A program made the position numbers and the translations under genes. A stretch of 64,000 bases of DNA from a virus. Its lineage: Duplodnaviria > Caudoviricetes. Below the pieces are notes generated by a model, which was not told the DNA's origin, did not search any database, and was given only the letters and a program-made list of their open reading frames with translations. Numbering within the stretch: position 1 is the first letter of the stretch; each line of letters opens with the position of its first letter. Below, piece after piece: positions 29,526 to 39,817 of the stretch. The stretch lies in the IMG/VR virus record IMGVR_UViG_3300028805_000061; one strand, 5' to 3'.

Positions 29526-30101
29526 ATGACTTTAGAAGAAAATTTTAGTCTTGAACCTGATGAAATTCTAAAAGCTATAGAATTTTCAGTAGAGTCAAGA
29601 ATGAATTTAGAAAGTGATGAACAAGTTACAATAATAACACATCCTTTAACAATAAAAGCTATTAAAATAGGAATTGCTCAAGGTAAAATATTTAAAAATA
29701 TTTATTCAAGAATAATATTTTCTCCAGATAGTAATAGTAAACTTAGTGATTTAGTAATTATTCCAGACCATTTGATAGATGAAGTAGTTCAAGAAGAAAT
29801 AAAAAATCATTTAAATGTTGATAATGAAGTAAAAGAGAAATTGAAAATATTAAATGAAAAAATGGATATCCCTGAAGAAATATTAAATAGAATATCTACT
29901 CTTGAAGACAAAGACCTTACTAATGAAGAATTACAATTAAAATGTGAAATTCAAAATCTAATGTTAGATGTAGGAATGAATATTGATTTACATTTTTCTA
30001 ATACAGATAGTAAAGAACAAAAAGTAAATGAAATAGTAGATAAATTATTAAAAAATAATAAAATACAAAAAGTAGGATTAGAAGGAATTAATAATGACTA
30101 A
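29526..30101 (+). CDS. hypothetical protein
   Basis: AAGGAG RBS. Confidence 0.65.
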   Translation: MTLEENFSLEPDEILKAIEFSVESRMNLESDEQVTIITHPLTIKAIKIGIAQGKIFKNIYSRIIFSPDSNSKLSDLVIIPDHLIDEVVQEEIKNHLNVDNEVKEKLKILNEKMDIPEEILNRISTLEDKDLTNEELQLKCEIQNLMLDVGMNIDLHFSNTDSKEQKVNEIVDKLLKNNKIQKVGLEGINND

Positions 30102-30687
30102 GAAAAGAAAGAGTGAACTTAAAATAGGTTATAATGAACTAAAAAATGGTTGCCCTACTGGAGAAAATGTTTTAGATTTAAAGAACACACCAATCCCTAT
30201 AGAATCACTAAAAGTATTAATGACTGGAGACTCTAATCAAAAGTTTAGAGTATTATCAAAGAAGATAAATAGGGAAAATGTTAAACTAGTATTAAAACAT
30301 AGAGAAACCAATGAAAAACTAAAAATAGTTGCACCAATAGAATTTTTAGAATTTCACAAAATCCCTTATAAAAATCCCAAAATACCTACTAATAAATTAA
30401 TTGAAGGTGTTTTACAAGATAGAGTAAGAAATTGGGAATGTGAAGTAATAATTAAAGATCTATCACAAGAATATGACTTAGTTATTCTAATTGATATAGA
30501 TTCACAAAAAAGAATAGCTTGTAAAGTTCCTATAAAAGAGATTGAAAAAACTAAATTATATATAGAAAAATGTAAAACTTATAAACAAGCTAATTATTAT
30601 GATTATAATAAAATAAATATATGGAGGGAGAATGAATGGCAAAGAGAAGTAATGACTCGCCTAAACTTATTAAAATTAACCCGTTAA
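30094..30687 (+). CDS. hypothetical protein
   Basis: ORF track. Confidence 0.6.
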   Translation: MTKKRKSELKIGYNELKNGCPTGENVLDLKNTPIPIESLKVLMTGDSNQKFRVLSKKINRENVKLVLKHRETNEKLKIVAPIEFLEFHKIPYKNPKIPTNKLIEGVLQDRVRNWECEVIIKDLSQEYDLVILIDIDSQKRIACKVPIKEIEKTKLYIEKCKTYKQANYYDYNKINIWRENEWQREVMTRLNLLKLTR

Positions 30688-31268
30688 ATAATTCAGATGA
30701 AAGTTTGATTGCTATTGCAATTCTTAATGCTTTAATTATACTAAGAGCTAAAGAAAACAATTTAATAAAAATTCCAGAAAGAAAAGAATTAACTAAATTA
30801 CTAAAAAATGCAAAGTTAGATAATATATTAAAAGCTTTAGATGAGGTTAATGGTATTAAAATAAAAAAAGTATTAGGAGTAGAAGATACATCTCTCACTG
30901 GAATTGTTTATATAAACCATCCTTTAAAGGTATTACCTTGTTTAGTATATAGAAACCCCTCTATAAAAGACGGTCAAATAAAATTAGTTAATTCTGGTTT
31001 AGGAGATGATGAAGTTTTAATAAGTGAACAACTCTTTAATGAAAAATTGTTTGTAGATAATATATTTGCTTATCAGATATTTCTAAATACAGGCACTAAA
31101 GAATTTTTTAAAGATAAAGAATTAAGTTGTAATGATTGTAATCATTATAGTTTTAATTCAGAAGGAGAAGATATTTGTTTATATGATGATATGAACATAA
31201 AAGATTGTAATCAATGTTGTAATAAATTTATTGATTGTTTTAAATGGAGAATACCGAAAGGAGAATAA
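30636..31268 (+). CDS. hypothetical protein with C-terminal Cys cluster
   Basis: GGAGG RBS; CNDCNHY...C...CNQCCNKF. Confidence 0.6.
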   Translation: MAKRSNDSPKLIKINPLNNSDESLIAIAILNALIILRAKENNLIKIPERKELTKLLKNAKLDNILKALDEVNGIKIKKVLGVEDTSLTGIVYINHPLKVLPCLVYRNPSIKDGQIKLVNSGLGDDEVLISEQLFNEKLFVDNIFAYQIFLNTGTKEFFKDKELSCNDCNHYSFNSEGEDICLYDDMNIKDCNQCCNKFIDCFKWRIPKGE

Positions 31269-31269
31269 A

Positions 31270-31956
31270 ATGTCAACAATTCCTGCATTTATAAATGCAA
31301 TTTTTACTCTTAACAAAAAAGGAGAATACCCTTTATATGAAGGTAATATTGATGGTGGTTATACAAAAGTTCTTATAGTTTCTAAAATAGCTTCTGGCTA
31401 TAATACTAGATATTTTAAAGTTAAACAAATTATTGCTTTAGAAGGACAACAAGCTATAATTCAAACTTTTGATCTCCCTTCTCAAGAATTTGCTTATAGA
31501 TTGATTGAAAAATCTATTACTGAAAATGCATATATACAAGGAGGAAATGATGAAGAAAATATACCCATCGTTATTACAGGACAACAACAGCAACAATCAA
31601 AACAACCAGCAAGAATATCAAAGCCTAATATTATTGATCCAGAAAGAATTGGAGAAGATACAGTTTACGCAGAATACAACAATAATAACGTTAATACCTA
31701 TCAGCCAGTTGTCACAGCACAGTCTAGAAAACTTGTTGAAGGACATTCAAAAAGACAAAATATGGACCTCCCAGATTACAATGACGCCGGATTTGATCAA
31801 CTTGCAGCCTTCACCGGTACCCAGTCAGATGAATTCTCCAGTGGAGAAATTAAGATTGCCAACATGTCCAGTTTTGGAAATGGATCAAGCTCAAATAGAA
31901 ATAGAACTAAAGGCAACTACTCTTCCCTTGAAGATGCACTTGACTCTGGATTCTAG
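31270..31956 (+). CDS. hypothetical protein with long disordered region and acidic C-terminal tail
   Basis: ATG 31270 after AAGGAG; Q/N-rich linker; ends SSLEDALDSGF. Confidence 0.65.
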   Translation: MSTIPAFINAIFTLNKKGEYPLYEGNIDGGYTKVLIVSKIASGYNTRYFKVKQIIALEGQQAIIQTFDLPSQEFAYRLIEKSITENAYIQGGNDEENIPIVITGQQQQQSKQPARISKPNIIDPERIGEDTVYAEYNNNNVNTYQPVVTAQSRKLVEGHSKRQNMDLPDYNDAGFDQLAAFTGTQSDEFSSGEIKIANMSSFGNGSSSNRNRTKGNYSSLEDALDSGF

Positions 31957-32114
31957 ATTACCTAATACAATTTTAATAGATACTAATATAAAGATAGTAA
32001 AAGAAAATAATATTGAAGTAATAGTTAAAAGATTAGTAATATCTAGTCTTTTTTCTAATCTTTTAATAATACCAGAAAGTTTTGCTGATTTTATAAGAAA
32101 GAGAGAAGGTATAA

Positions 32115-32339
32115 ATGTCTGATTTTGATAAAGATTGGGGATTTGAATGTGATCAATGTGGTCAAACAGTTGGTGGTGGGATTTATGATTTTGATGAATC
32201 TCTTGAACTAAGAAAACAAGAAGGTTGGATTAATAGAAAGATAGATGGTGAATGGTATTCCTTTTGTTGTGAAGAATGTTATCAAGACTGGGTAGCAGAT
32301 CATCAATATAGACCGACTCCGAGAAAAATTCATAAATAA
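32115..32339 (+). CDS. small zinc-binding protein
   Basis: FECDQCG...GW...W.SFCCEEC. Confidence 0.65.
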   Translation: MSDFDKDWGFECDQCGQTVGGGIYDFDESLELRKQEGWINRKIDGEWYSFCCEECYQDWVADHQYRPTPRKIHK

Positions 32340-32382
32340 GTTAAATTTACAATAAATACTTATATTTTCTGGAGTAATATTT

Positions 32383-32697
32383 ATGAATAATAGACAACTA
32401 ATTGAATCTCTTGAAAAATATACTAAGAAAATTCAGGAAGTTTCTGTGAATAAATGGCAAAGAGGTGCTAAAAATTCTTTACCAGGTAGAGAATTTGTTA
32501 ATCTAAAAAATACAGAACTAACATTAGACCCTGACTATTATTCTGATGAACAGAAGCAAAAGATTTTAAATAAAAGATTTAAAGATGCTCAAAGATATAC
32601 TTATGCCAATAAAATAGCTGGATTAGATTTAAAAGATTTTGACACTAATAAAATACCAGCTAGAACAATGCAAAAAGCTTTAAGGAGTTATAAATAA
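32383..32697 (+). CDS. putative internal head protein
   Basis: MNNRQLIESLE...IQE leader nearly identical to MDNRTLIESLE of 24311. Confidence 0.6.
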   Translation: MNNRQLIESLEKYTKKIQEVSVNKWQRGAKNSLPGREFVNLKNTELTLDPDYYSDEQKQKILNKRFKDAQRYTYANKIAGLDLKDFDTNKIPARTMQKALRSYK

Positions 32698-34094
32698 TGA
32701 GATTTAATGAAGTTGATATAGAAGTTAAACATTCTGGTTTACTTGAAGTACCTGCTGGTAAAGAAGTAGACCAATTACCACAATCACATTTTCAAAAATT
32801 GATTGATAAAAAAGGTTATGAAGCTATTATTAGAGGACTTACTAATTTAGAAGTTTGGAATAAGAATAAAAATCCTAAACTTAGTCAGTGGGCTTCTAAT
32901 ATGGCAGATAAATTAAAAGTAGTTAATAAGAAAGATGAAGCTTATTCTGGTAAGCTTTTTGAAATGAATGCTAAATTAGCTAAAAAACTAGGTATTAAAA
33001 CAGTAACTGGTCTAAAGAAAGCTGGACAATATGCTAAAGATACAGTTGCTAAATCAGCTGATACTGCAAGAAATGCAATTGTAGCTGGTGCTGTAGCTCC
33101 AGTAGGAGCAGCTATAGCTCAAAAATATAGTCATAAGGATAAAAAGAAAGAACCAAGATATACTGCTGCAGAGGTAGCTGCTCTAGCTGCTGCAATGAAA
33201 AACAAAAATGAATCCCTTTCTAATAAATTATTTTCTTATTTGACTATATTAGAAAAAGAACAAAAAGAAGAATCTGGAGTTAAAAAAGTTGCAAAAGGAG
33301 CTGCTAAAGGAGCTGGTATAGGTTTAGCTGGAGGAACAGCTTTAGGAGCTGGGGTAGGACATACAGTAGGAAAGGCTTTGACTGGTGGACTCAAAGGTAA
33401 TTATGCCACTGGATTAGCTGGTGCTGCTACTAAAGGGGTTAGAGCTTTATCAACTGGAGCTGGTGCTGCTGGTGGAGCAGCATTAGGTTTAACAAGAGGT
33501 TTAGTTGGGGGAGCTTTAATAGCTGGAGGAAAACATTTATATGATAAACACAAAGCTAAAAAAGAAATTTCTAAAAAGAATGAATCCTTAATTGAAGCTT
33601 TAAATAGATTAAAAAGTATTTATGAAGAAGAAGGAATCCCTAAAAAGAAAAGAGTTTTAACTCCTGAACAAAAAGCAAGAAGACAAGAAAGAAGGAGATT
33701 GAGAAGACAATTAGAAAAACAAGGTATTTCTACTTCTAAACCTCGTTCTGGTCCAGTTAAAACCATACAAGGAGAACCTAATTTAGCTAAATCTATTGAA
33801 AATGCTAAAAAAGCAAAACAAACTACTAATACAGCAAAAACTGCTGGAGCTGCTTCATCAACAGTAAATAAGACTGCCGAAACTACTAAGAAATTTGTTT
33901 CAGATGGGGTTAAAAAAGCTACAGGAGCTACTAAAAATACAGTTAATAAAACTCTTAGACATTCACAAGCTTTAAAGAAAGTTTTAAACCGAGCTTCTTT
34001 AAGAGGGGGATTAGCTGGTGCTGCTATTACAGCTGGAGTAGGAGCTGCTGGATTAGCTGCTAAGAAAATGTATGATAAAAACAAAAAGAAATAA
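32697..34094 (+). CDS. cationic glycine-zipper polyprotein (putative internal head protein)
   Basis: MRFNE start; two KNESL...(L/Y)E(E) linkers separating K/A/G-rich modules ending in YDK motifs. Confidence 0.7.
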   Translation: MRFNEVDIEVKHSGLLEVPAGKEVDQLPQSHFQKLIDKKGYEAIIRGLTNLEVWNKNKNPKLSQWASNMADKLKVVNKKDEAYSGKLFEMNAKLAKKLGIKTVTGLKKAGQYAKDTVAKSADTARNAIVAGAVAPVGAAIAQKYSHKDKKKEPRYTAAEVAALAAAMKNKNESLSNKLFSYLTILEKEQKEESGVKKVAKGAAKGAGIGLAGGTALGAGVGHTVGKALTGGLKGNYATGLAGAATKGVRALSTGAGAAGGAALGLTRGLVGGALIAGGKHLYDKHKAKKEISKKNESLIEALNRLKSIYEEEGIPKKKRVLTPEQKARRQERRRLRRQLEKQGISTSKPRSGPVKTIQGEPNLAKSIENAKKAKQTTNTAKTAGAASSTVNKTAETTKKFVSDGVKKATGATKNTVNKTLRHSQALKKVLNRASLRGGLAGAAITAGVGAAGLAAKKMYDKNKKK

Positions 34095-34105
34095 GGAGAT
34101 CAAAA

Positions 34106-34759
34106 ATGCAATTTAATGAAATATTTTCTAATACCCCAATAGATGAATCTATCAAGGGTGAAGCTATTAAACAAGGTGCTAAAAAAGCTGCAAGATATGC
34201 TAGAGTAATGAGTAAGAAAGCAATAAATAAAACTAAAAAATATTTAAAACAACCTGCTACTAAAGGACAAGTAATAGGGGCTGCTTTAGTAGGGTCAGCT
34301 GTAAGAGGTAAAGCTGAAAAGATTCATCAAGCTAAATTAGCTAAAAAACAAAAGAATGAATCGTTAACTCCCTTTAAAGAAAAGAAAACAGTAATAGCTA
34401 AAAAATACAAAGGAAAAGATTTTAAGAAAATATTTGGTAAAAATAATATAGCTAAAAAAGCTACTAAAAATGAATCATTAGTAGAAAAACTTGAAAGAGT
34501 TACAAATAATGTTAGAACAACTAATGAAGCTAATTTAGCTGGAATAGGTAAATCAGCAGTAAATGGTTTAAAAACATTTGGTAAAAATATTGGTGATACA
34601 GCTAAAACAGTAGGAGGAGCAATTAAAAAACACCCAGTAAGAACAGCAGCAATTGCAGGTACTGGTTTAGCTGGTTATGGAGCTTATAAAGGAGTTAAGA
34701 AAGCAGTAAATGGAGCTAAGAAAGCTGGTAAAGCTGCTTATCAAGATTGGAAAGTATAA
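34106..34759 (+). CDS. cationic polyprotein (putative internal head protein)
   Basis: MQFNE start; two KNESL linkers; ends GKAAYQDWKV. Confidence 0.7.
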   Translation: MQFNEIFSNTPIDESIKGEAIKQGAKKAARYARVMSKKAINKTKKYLKQPATKGQVIGAALVGSAVRGKAEKIHQAKLAKKQKNESLTPFKEKKTVIAKKYKGKDFKKIFGKNNIAKKATKNESLVEKLERVTNNVRTTNEANLAGIGKSAVNGLKTFGKNIGDTAKTVGGAIKKHPVRTAAIAGTGLAGYGAYKGVKKAVNGAKKAGKAAYQDWKV

Positions 34760-36156
34760 TGATATTAGATGACATTCTAAATAAAATAAGATATAAACAA
34801 TCAGTAGATATTCCTAGACAAGATTTAGTAATGTTGTCTTTAGCATTGTGGAAAGAAGCTAATTTAATTGAAGAAGATAGTACCGAAGCACCTGGTAAAG
34901 CTGCTATAGAATATTTACTAAATCAAAAATATATGATTATAGAAAATCCAAAATTAGTAGATTCTGTAATAGATGTTCTTCTTAAAGAAATAGATGGAGT
35001 AATTAAAAAAGTGGTAGCAAAATATCATGTTAAAAGAAAAGGTAAAAATTTCTATTTTGATGAAGCCCTTGAGTTTGCTATTATTTCTCCAGATAAAATG
35101 AGTGATTGTGAAGATGCTAATCAATTAATAGCTAATCTATATGCTGCACAAGTTGAATTAGAAACTTTAAGAGTACAATTAACTAGGACAAATCTTCAAA
35201 ATACTTCTCAAACTATATTGGCTAAACAAGCAGTATTAGATAAAGAACAAGAAATAAAAGAGATGAAAAAGAGACTAAGACTGTTTAGTTATTTTGATTC
35301 CGTTAGTGATCAAAATAATTTATATAGAAGATCTCTTGGAGAAGCTAAAAAAGAAGTTACTACTGGAGCTATAGCTGGTGGGGTTGTTGGTAGTAAAATT
35401 GGTTCAGACAAATTTAAGAAAAAAGCTAATTTTGTTACTAAACAACAAAAGTTTCAACAAAATGTAAAGAACTTAAATAATTCTAAAAAAGAAATGCAAG
35501 GTTTAGCTTCAGAAATAAAACATATTTACAATACTGGTCTAAGTCCAAATAAACAAAAGAAAGTAAATAAATTAGTAGGCAAAATGAAACAAACTCTTAA
35601 AGACCAAAGACTTCTTAGAAATTCTGTTAAAAAAGGTGGAAAACAAGTAGTTGGTTTATCTAGAGAAGCTGCTAAAAGAGGTTTAAAAACTGGACTTAAA
35701 GGAGCTGCTATTGGAGCTGGTATTGGTTTAGGAACTGCTGCAATTCATAAAGCTCTTAATAAAAATGAATCATTAACAGAAAGACTAAATCAACATTTGA
35801 GTAGATTAGAGGAAAAAACCTCTACTTTAAATACTTTTAAGGATAATAAGGGGATATATCAACTAGACACTTTTAGAAATAGAGCAAAGAATTTTTTACT
35901 CTCTCCTAAAGTAAATAATAGAACTACAATTTCTGCTGCTTTACTTGTAGGAGGAGTTGGTATTAGTTTATTATTGAAAAAGGCTAAAGAAAAAGGAGCA
36001 GGAACTACTATAGGTTCTATTAAAAGAGCTGTAAGTAGAGTTCAAAAATCTAGTAAATATACTAATACACAAAAAGCTAAAATAAAAAATTCTGGAGATT
36101 TAGCAATAAGAAGAATAAATCAAGTATTTAAGAATAAAAAGGAGATTAACAAATGA
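34759..36156 (+). CDS. polyprotein with helical N-domain and glycine-zipper modules
   Basis: TAATG coupling; GAIAGGVVG, GAAIGAGIGLG, KNESLTERLNQHLSRLEE linker. Confidence 0.7.
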   Translation: MILDDILNKIRYKQSVDIPRQDLVMLSLALWKEANLIEEDSTEAPGKAAIEYLLNQKYMIIENPKLVDSVIDVLLKEIDGVIKKVVAKYHVKRKGKNFYFDEALEFAIISPDKMSDCEDANQLIANLYAAQVELETLRVQLTRTNLQNTSQTILAKQAVLDKEQEIKEMKKRLRLFSYFDSVSDQNNLYRRSLGEAKKEVTTGAIAGGVVGSKIGSDKFKKKANFVTKQQKFQQNVKNLNNSKKEMQGLASEIKHIYNTGLSPNKQKKVNKLVGKMKQTLKDQRLLRNSVKKGGKQVVGLSREAAKRGLKTGLKGAAIGAGIGLGTAAIHKALNKNESLTERLNQHLSRLEEKTSTLNTFKDNKGIYQLDTFRNRAKNFLLSPKVNNRTTISAALLVGGVGISLLLKKAKEKGAGTTIGSIKRAVSRVQKSSKYTNTQKAKIKNSGDLAIRRINQVFKNKKEINK

Positions 36157-36770
36157 AAAATGAATCAGTAGGTCTTAGACTTTTGAATAAGTTAGATATG
36201 CTTTCTCAAGGTCAACATATTTTTGAAGAAGTAGATGCACCAGAAAATGATGGGACAGCTGAAGATGCTGCAGAAGCTACAGAAGAAACTTCTGAAACCC
36301 TTAAAAGATTAAGAGGTCATTTATATAGATTCCAAGAAGCTGAAGGTGATAAAAAAGCTGTTGGAGCTGGTGCTTTAACTGGAGCTGTTGCTGGGACTGC
36401 TTTAGCTAGAAGATCAGCAGAAAAAGCTTATGGATTAAAAAATGCTGCTAAAGGTTTTGCTAAAAAAGGAGCAGAAGCTTCAAAAAATGCTGAATATTTT
36501 GCTAATAAAGCAATAGCAAAAGATGCAATGGCAAAAGCTAATAAAGTTGTTGGAAATAAAGCTACTGCTAAAGGTTTTGCCAAATCAGCAGCAGCTTCAG
36601 CAGGAGCAGCAGAAAAAGCAGCTAAGGGGGCTAAAGGGTTTGGTAAAGCAGCAAAAGAAGTAATGAAACCTATTACCTCCAAAGGTTTCAAAGGTGGACT
36701 TAAGGGGGCAGCAATTGGGGCTGGAGCTGCTTATTTAGGTAAAAAAGCTTATGACTACTTTAAAAATTAA
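36153..36770 (+). CDS. cationic glycine-zipper protein with acidic propeptide
   Basis: MKNESV...IFEE...FQE then A/K/G-rich module ending GAAIGAGAAYLGKKAYDYFKN. Confidence 0.7.
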   Translation: MKNESVGLRLLNKLDMLSQGQHIFEEVDAPENDGTAEDAAEATEETSETLKRLRGHLYRFQEAEGDKKAVGAGALTGAVAGTALARRSAEKAYGLKNAAKGFAKKGAEASKNAEYFANKAIAKDAMAKANKVVGNKATAKGFAKSAAASAGAAEKAAKGAKGFGKAAKEVMKPITSKGFKGGLKGAAIGAGAAYLGKKAYDYFKN

Positions 36771-36806
36771 TAACTAAAAAAATTCTAACTGGTGATGGCA
36801 ATACAG

Positions 36807-36847
36807 AAGAGAGAATAGATTATTTTCTATTCTCTCTTTATTTTTTT
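36807..36847 (+). terminator. intrinsic terminator
   Basis: aagagagaataga...tctattctctctt plus T tract. Confidence 0.7.
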
Positions 36848-37146
36848 GAATTTGAAAGTATTAAAAATCTTCTAATAATTTATGTTTTTATTAAATTAAG
36901 GAGATTATATAAAATGGAAATTGCAAATGATCCATCAAACAGAATTATTTTGGAAGAGGGAAAAGATAGAAGAAGAAAATTATTAAATCTTTTTTATAAA
37001 TATGTTAGAGAAGATGTAGTAATAGTACCCAAATTTGAATATGATAGACTTCTTAAAGAAAATCATACTTTAGAAGTTCAAAATAAATTATTGAATGAAA
37101 TGAGACAAGCTGAGATAGATAGAAGAGATATACATAGGCCAGTGTA

Positions 37147-37653
37147 ATGACTAATTTATTTTTATTAGAAAAGATCCCTTTAATAGAAAATATTAACTTA
37201 AATCTTTTATTTGACAAAGAAATGAATTTAAGAGAATTAGTTGATGCATATATTCAAATAGAAGCACAATTGAATGAAAAAGAAACTTATAAAATAACAA
37301 AAAAGTTAAGATATGTCTATGAAGATAAAATAATTAGTTTTGATAGATTATTAAATTTTGTTATTAAATTTTTAAATGAAATAATCTATCAAATAGAAGC
37401 TATTGACTCTGGTTTAAACTTATCTCCAGAATTTTATTTGAATTTTCCAGGTTTAAGTAATGTTAATATAAAAATTAGGAAAAATTTAAAAAAGTCCATT
37501 GGAAATATTACAGAGTATAAATTACAGCCTTATATAATTAAACTATATACAATATTAACAAGTTATAAAGGAACTGATATTTTGCAAAAGAAAAAATACC
37601 AAAAAATGATAGAAGCTCAAGAAGATTCAATGAAATACCAAGGAGGTTATTAA
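37147..37653 (+). CDS. hypothetical protein
   Basis: TAATG coupling. Confidence 0.6.
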   Translation: MTNLFLLEKIPLIENINLNLLFDKEMNLRELVDAYIQIEAQLNEKETYKITKKLRYVYEDKIISFDRLLNFVIKFLNEIIYQIEAIDSGLNLSPEFYLNFPGLSNVNIKIRKNLKKSIGNITEYKLQPYIIKLYTILTSYKGTDILQKKKYQKMIEAQEDSMKYQGGY

Positions 37654-37857
37654 ATGGAAACATTTTTATTGTTATTATTAGGAGCTGTTATTTATGCTAT
37701 TTATTTAATAATAGAATTTGCAATTCCTATAGCATTAATATATTTAATACTATCACATCCTCATAATACTACTATTTGGGTTTGGGCAATATTACTTTTA
37801 GTATGGTTTATTACTAGAATGACAGTTTATATAATTAAAGAGGTTAAGAAGAAATGA
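37654..37857 (+). CDS. small membrane protein
   Basis: Highly hydrophobic; GGAGG RBS. Confidence 0.6.
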   Translation: METFLLLLLGAVIYAIYLIIEFAIPIALIYLILSHPHNTTIWVWAILLLVWFITRMTVYIIKEVKKK

Positions 37858-39800
37858 ATGATCTAAGTTTAGGTGAACAAGGAGAAGCTTTGTTCAATGG
37901 TAAATCTTTAGATGATATTACATTAGATGATGTAGAAGAATTTAAAGAAGCTTACTATGAAGGAGACCCAAAGATATCAGATGAAGAATATGATGAGATA
38001 ATTCAAAAGAAATTCGAAGGAAAAGATCCAACATTAGGCTACCAAGTAAATAAATCTTCTGGGTTAAGATTTGAAGTTAAACAACATGAAATAAGAATGA
38101 AGGGTCAAGACAAAATTCTTTCTTGGGAAGAATATTTGAATTGGATTGATGAGACCGATACTTATTTTGGTAAAAAATTAGAATATTTAGTTCAATATAA
38201 GTTAGATGGTTTATCTCTTTCATTAACTTATGAAAAAGGGCAATTAAAAGAAGCTTTACTTAGAGGAGATGGTTCACAAGGTGAAAACATATTAAATTCT
38301 GCAGTACTATTTAAAGGGGTTAAAAAACTAATTCCTTATAAGGATTCAAAAATATATGTAAGAGGTGAAATAGTATTAACACAAGAAGATTTTGAGAAAA
38401 TCCCTTTAGAGAAAAAATCAAATAGAAGAAATGTTGCAGCTGGAGTAGCAAGAAGAATTGATCCAGAATTTGCACCTTATTTAAGTTTTGTTGCTTGGGG
38501 TATTGAGGGAGATATAGAATTTGATACAGAAGCAGATAAAATAAAATTTCTTCAAAGAACTTTAGGTTTTAATACAGTAAAAACAATAAGAAGTTCACAA
38601 TTTACAGAAGAGGTATATAAGGATTATGGTGATAAAAGAGACAAATTAGATCTATTAATAGATGGTATGGTTATTAAGATAAATGATTTATCACTAAGAA
38701 ATCAATTAGATGAAAATCCAGATACACAACATGGTCAAGTAGCTTTAAAATTTCCTGCAATGAGAAAAGCTTCAACACTTAAAAAAGTAGAATGGATTAC
38801 TGGTAAAACTGGTAAAGTAGCTCCTACAGCAGTAATTGAGCCTATAGAATTACTGGGTAGTGTTATTGGTAGAGTTACATTATGTAGTTTACAAGAAATA
38901 GAAAGACTTGATCTACAATTAAATGAGAAGATTTGGGTAGAAAAAAGAGGAGACGTAATTCCAAAAATATATGCTTATGATGATGAAATATCTACAGCAA
39001 ATAATCAAATCCCTTTAGAAATACCAGATAGGTGCCCAAGTTGTGGTAGTAGATTAAAACGTATAGGAGCTGACTTATATTGTACAAATGATAATTGTAA
39101 AGCTCAATTAGGTGGTAGAGTTGAATCAGTATTTAAAGCTTTAGATATAAAAGGTTTTGGAGAAGTTGTTTGTGATCAACTTGTAGAAGCTGATTGTATA
39201 AAAAAGATTTCAGATATATTTACTTTAGATACTTATCATTTAGAAACAGCTTGTGGCTATAGATTAGATAACTCTAAAAATTTAATTAATAGAATTAAAG
39301 AAAGAATAGATAAGGGTATTACTTTATCAGAATTAATACAGATATTACAAATACCCAATGTAGGAAGATCTGCTGGAGATAAAATACAAGATGTATATGA
39401 TGATATAGATGAATTAATATTCTTTGCTGAACAAGGAGAAGTTAATAAATTTACTAAAGTACTAGGAGAAGCTGCTGGTTTAGCTTTATATAAGGGTTTA
39501 CTTAATATGTCAGATCAAATAGACGATATTCTTCAAGTAGTAAAAATAGTAAAACCCACTAAAGATGATTCAGAATATCATGGAGCTTTTTGTTTTACAG
39601 GTTTTAGAGATAAAGATTTAGCTAAACAATTAGATGACTTAGGTTATAAAGAATTATCTTCTGTAACTAAAGCTTGTACATTATTAGTTAGTAAGGAAAT
39701 GTCATTAACAGGTAAACTAAAGAAAGCACAAGAAAGAGGAGTTAAAGTAATTTCCTTATCTCAATTGAAACAAATGCTAGCAGATGGAACTTTAGTTTAA
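37854..39800 (+). CDS. ligA: NAD-dependent DNA ligase
   Basis: AYYEGDPKISDEEYD (domain Ia), YKLDG (KxDG), RGDG.QGE, VRGE, DGMVIK, CPSC..C....C zinc finger, HhH, C-terminal BRCT (FCFTG...K.KKAQERGV). Confidence 0.95.
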   Translation: MNDLSLGEQGEALFNGKSLDDITLDDVEEFKEAYYEGDPKISDEEYDEIIQKKFEGKDPTLGYQVNKSSGLRFEVKQHEIRMKGQDKILSWEEYLNWIDETDTYFGKKLEYLVQYKLDGLSLSLTYEKGQLKEALLRGDGSQGENILNSAVLFKGVKKLIPYKDSKIYVRGEIVLTQEDFEKIPLEKKSNRRNVAAGVARRIDPEFAPYLSFVAWGIEGDIEFDTEADKIKFLQRTLGFNTVKTIRSSQFTEEVYKDYGDKRDKLDLLIDGMVIKINDLSLRNQLDENPDTQHGQVALKFPAMRKASTLKKVEWITGKTGKVAPTAVIEPIELLGSVIGRVTLCSLQEIERLDLQLNEKIWVEKRGDVIPKIYAYDDEISTANNQIPLEIPDRCPSCGSRLKRIGADLYCTNDNCKAQLGGRVESVFKALDIKGFGEVVCDQLVEADCIKKISDIFTLDTYHLETACGYRLDNSKNLINRIKERIDKGITLSELIQILQIPNVGRSAGDKIQDVYDDIDELIFFAEQGEVNKFTKVLGEAAGLALYKGLLNMSDQIDDILQVVKIVKPTKDDSEYHGAFCFTGFRDKDLAKQLDDLGYKELSSVTKACTLLVSKEMSLTGKLKKAQERGVKVISLSQLKQMLADGTLV

Positions 39801-39817
39801 ATTATTTATAATAACAT

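Noticed and set aside
33620-36691. Minus-strand ORFs 33620-34084 and 36428-36691 (also 24295-24519)
   Set aside because: Shadow frames of Ala/Gly/Lys-rich + strand genes, with no RBS and no independent features.
32697-36770. Secreted class II bacteriocin cluster
   Set aside because: No double-glycine leader, signal peptide, transporter or immunity gene nearby. The linkers end in Glu, which fits head-protease processing better.
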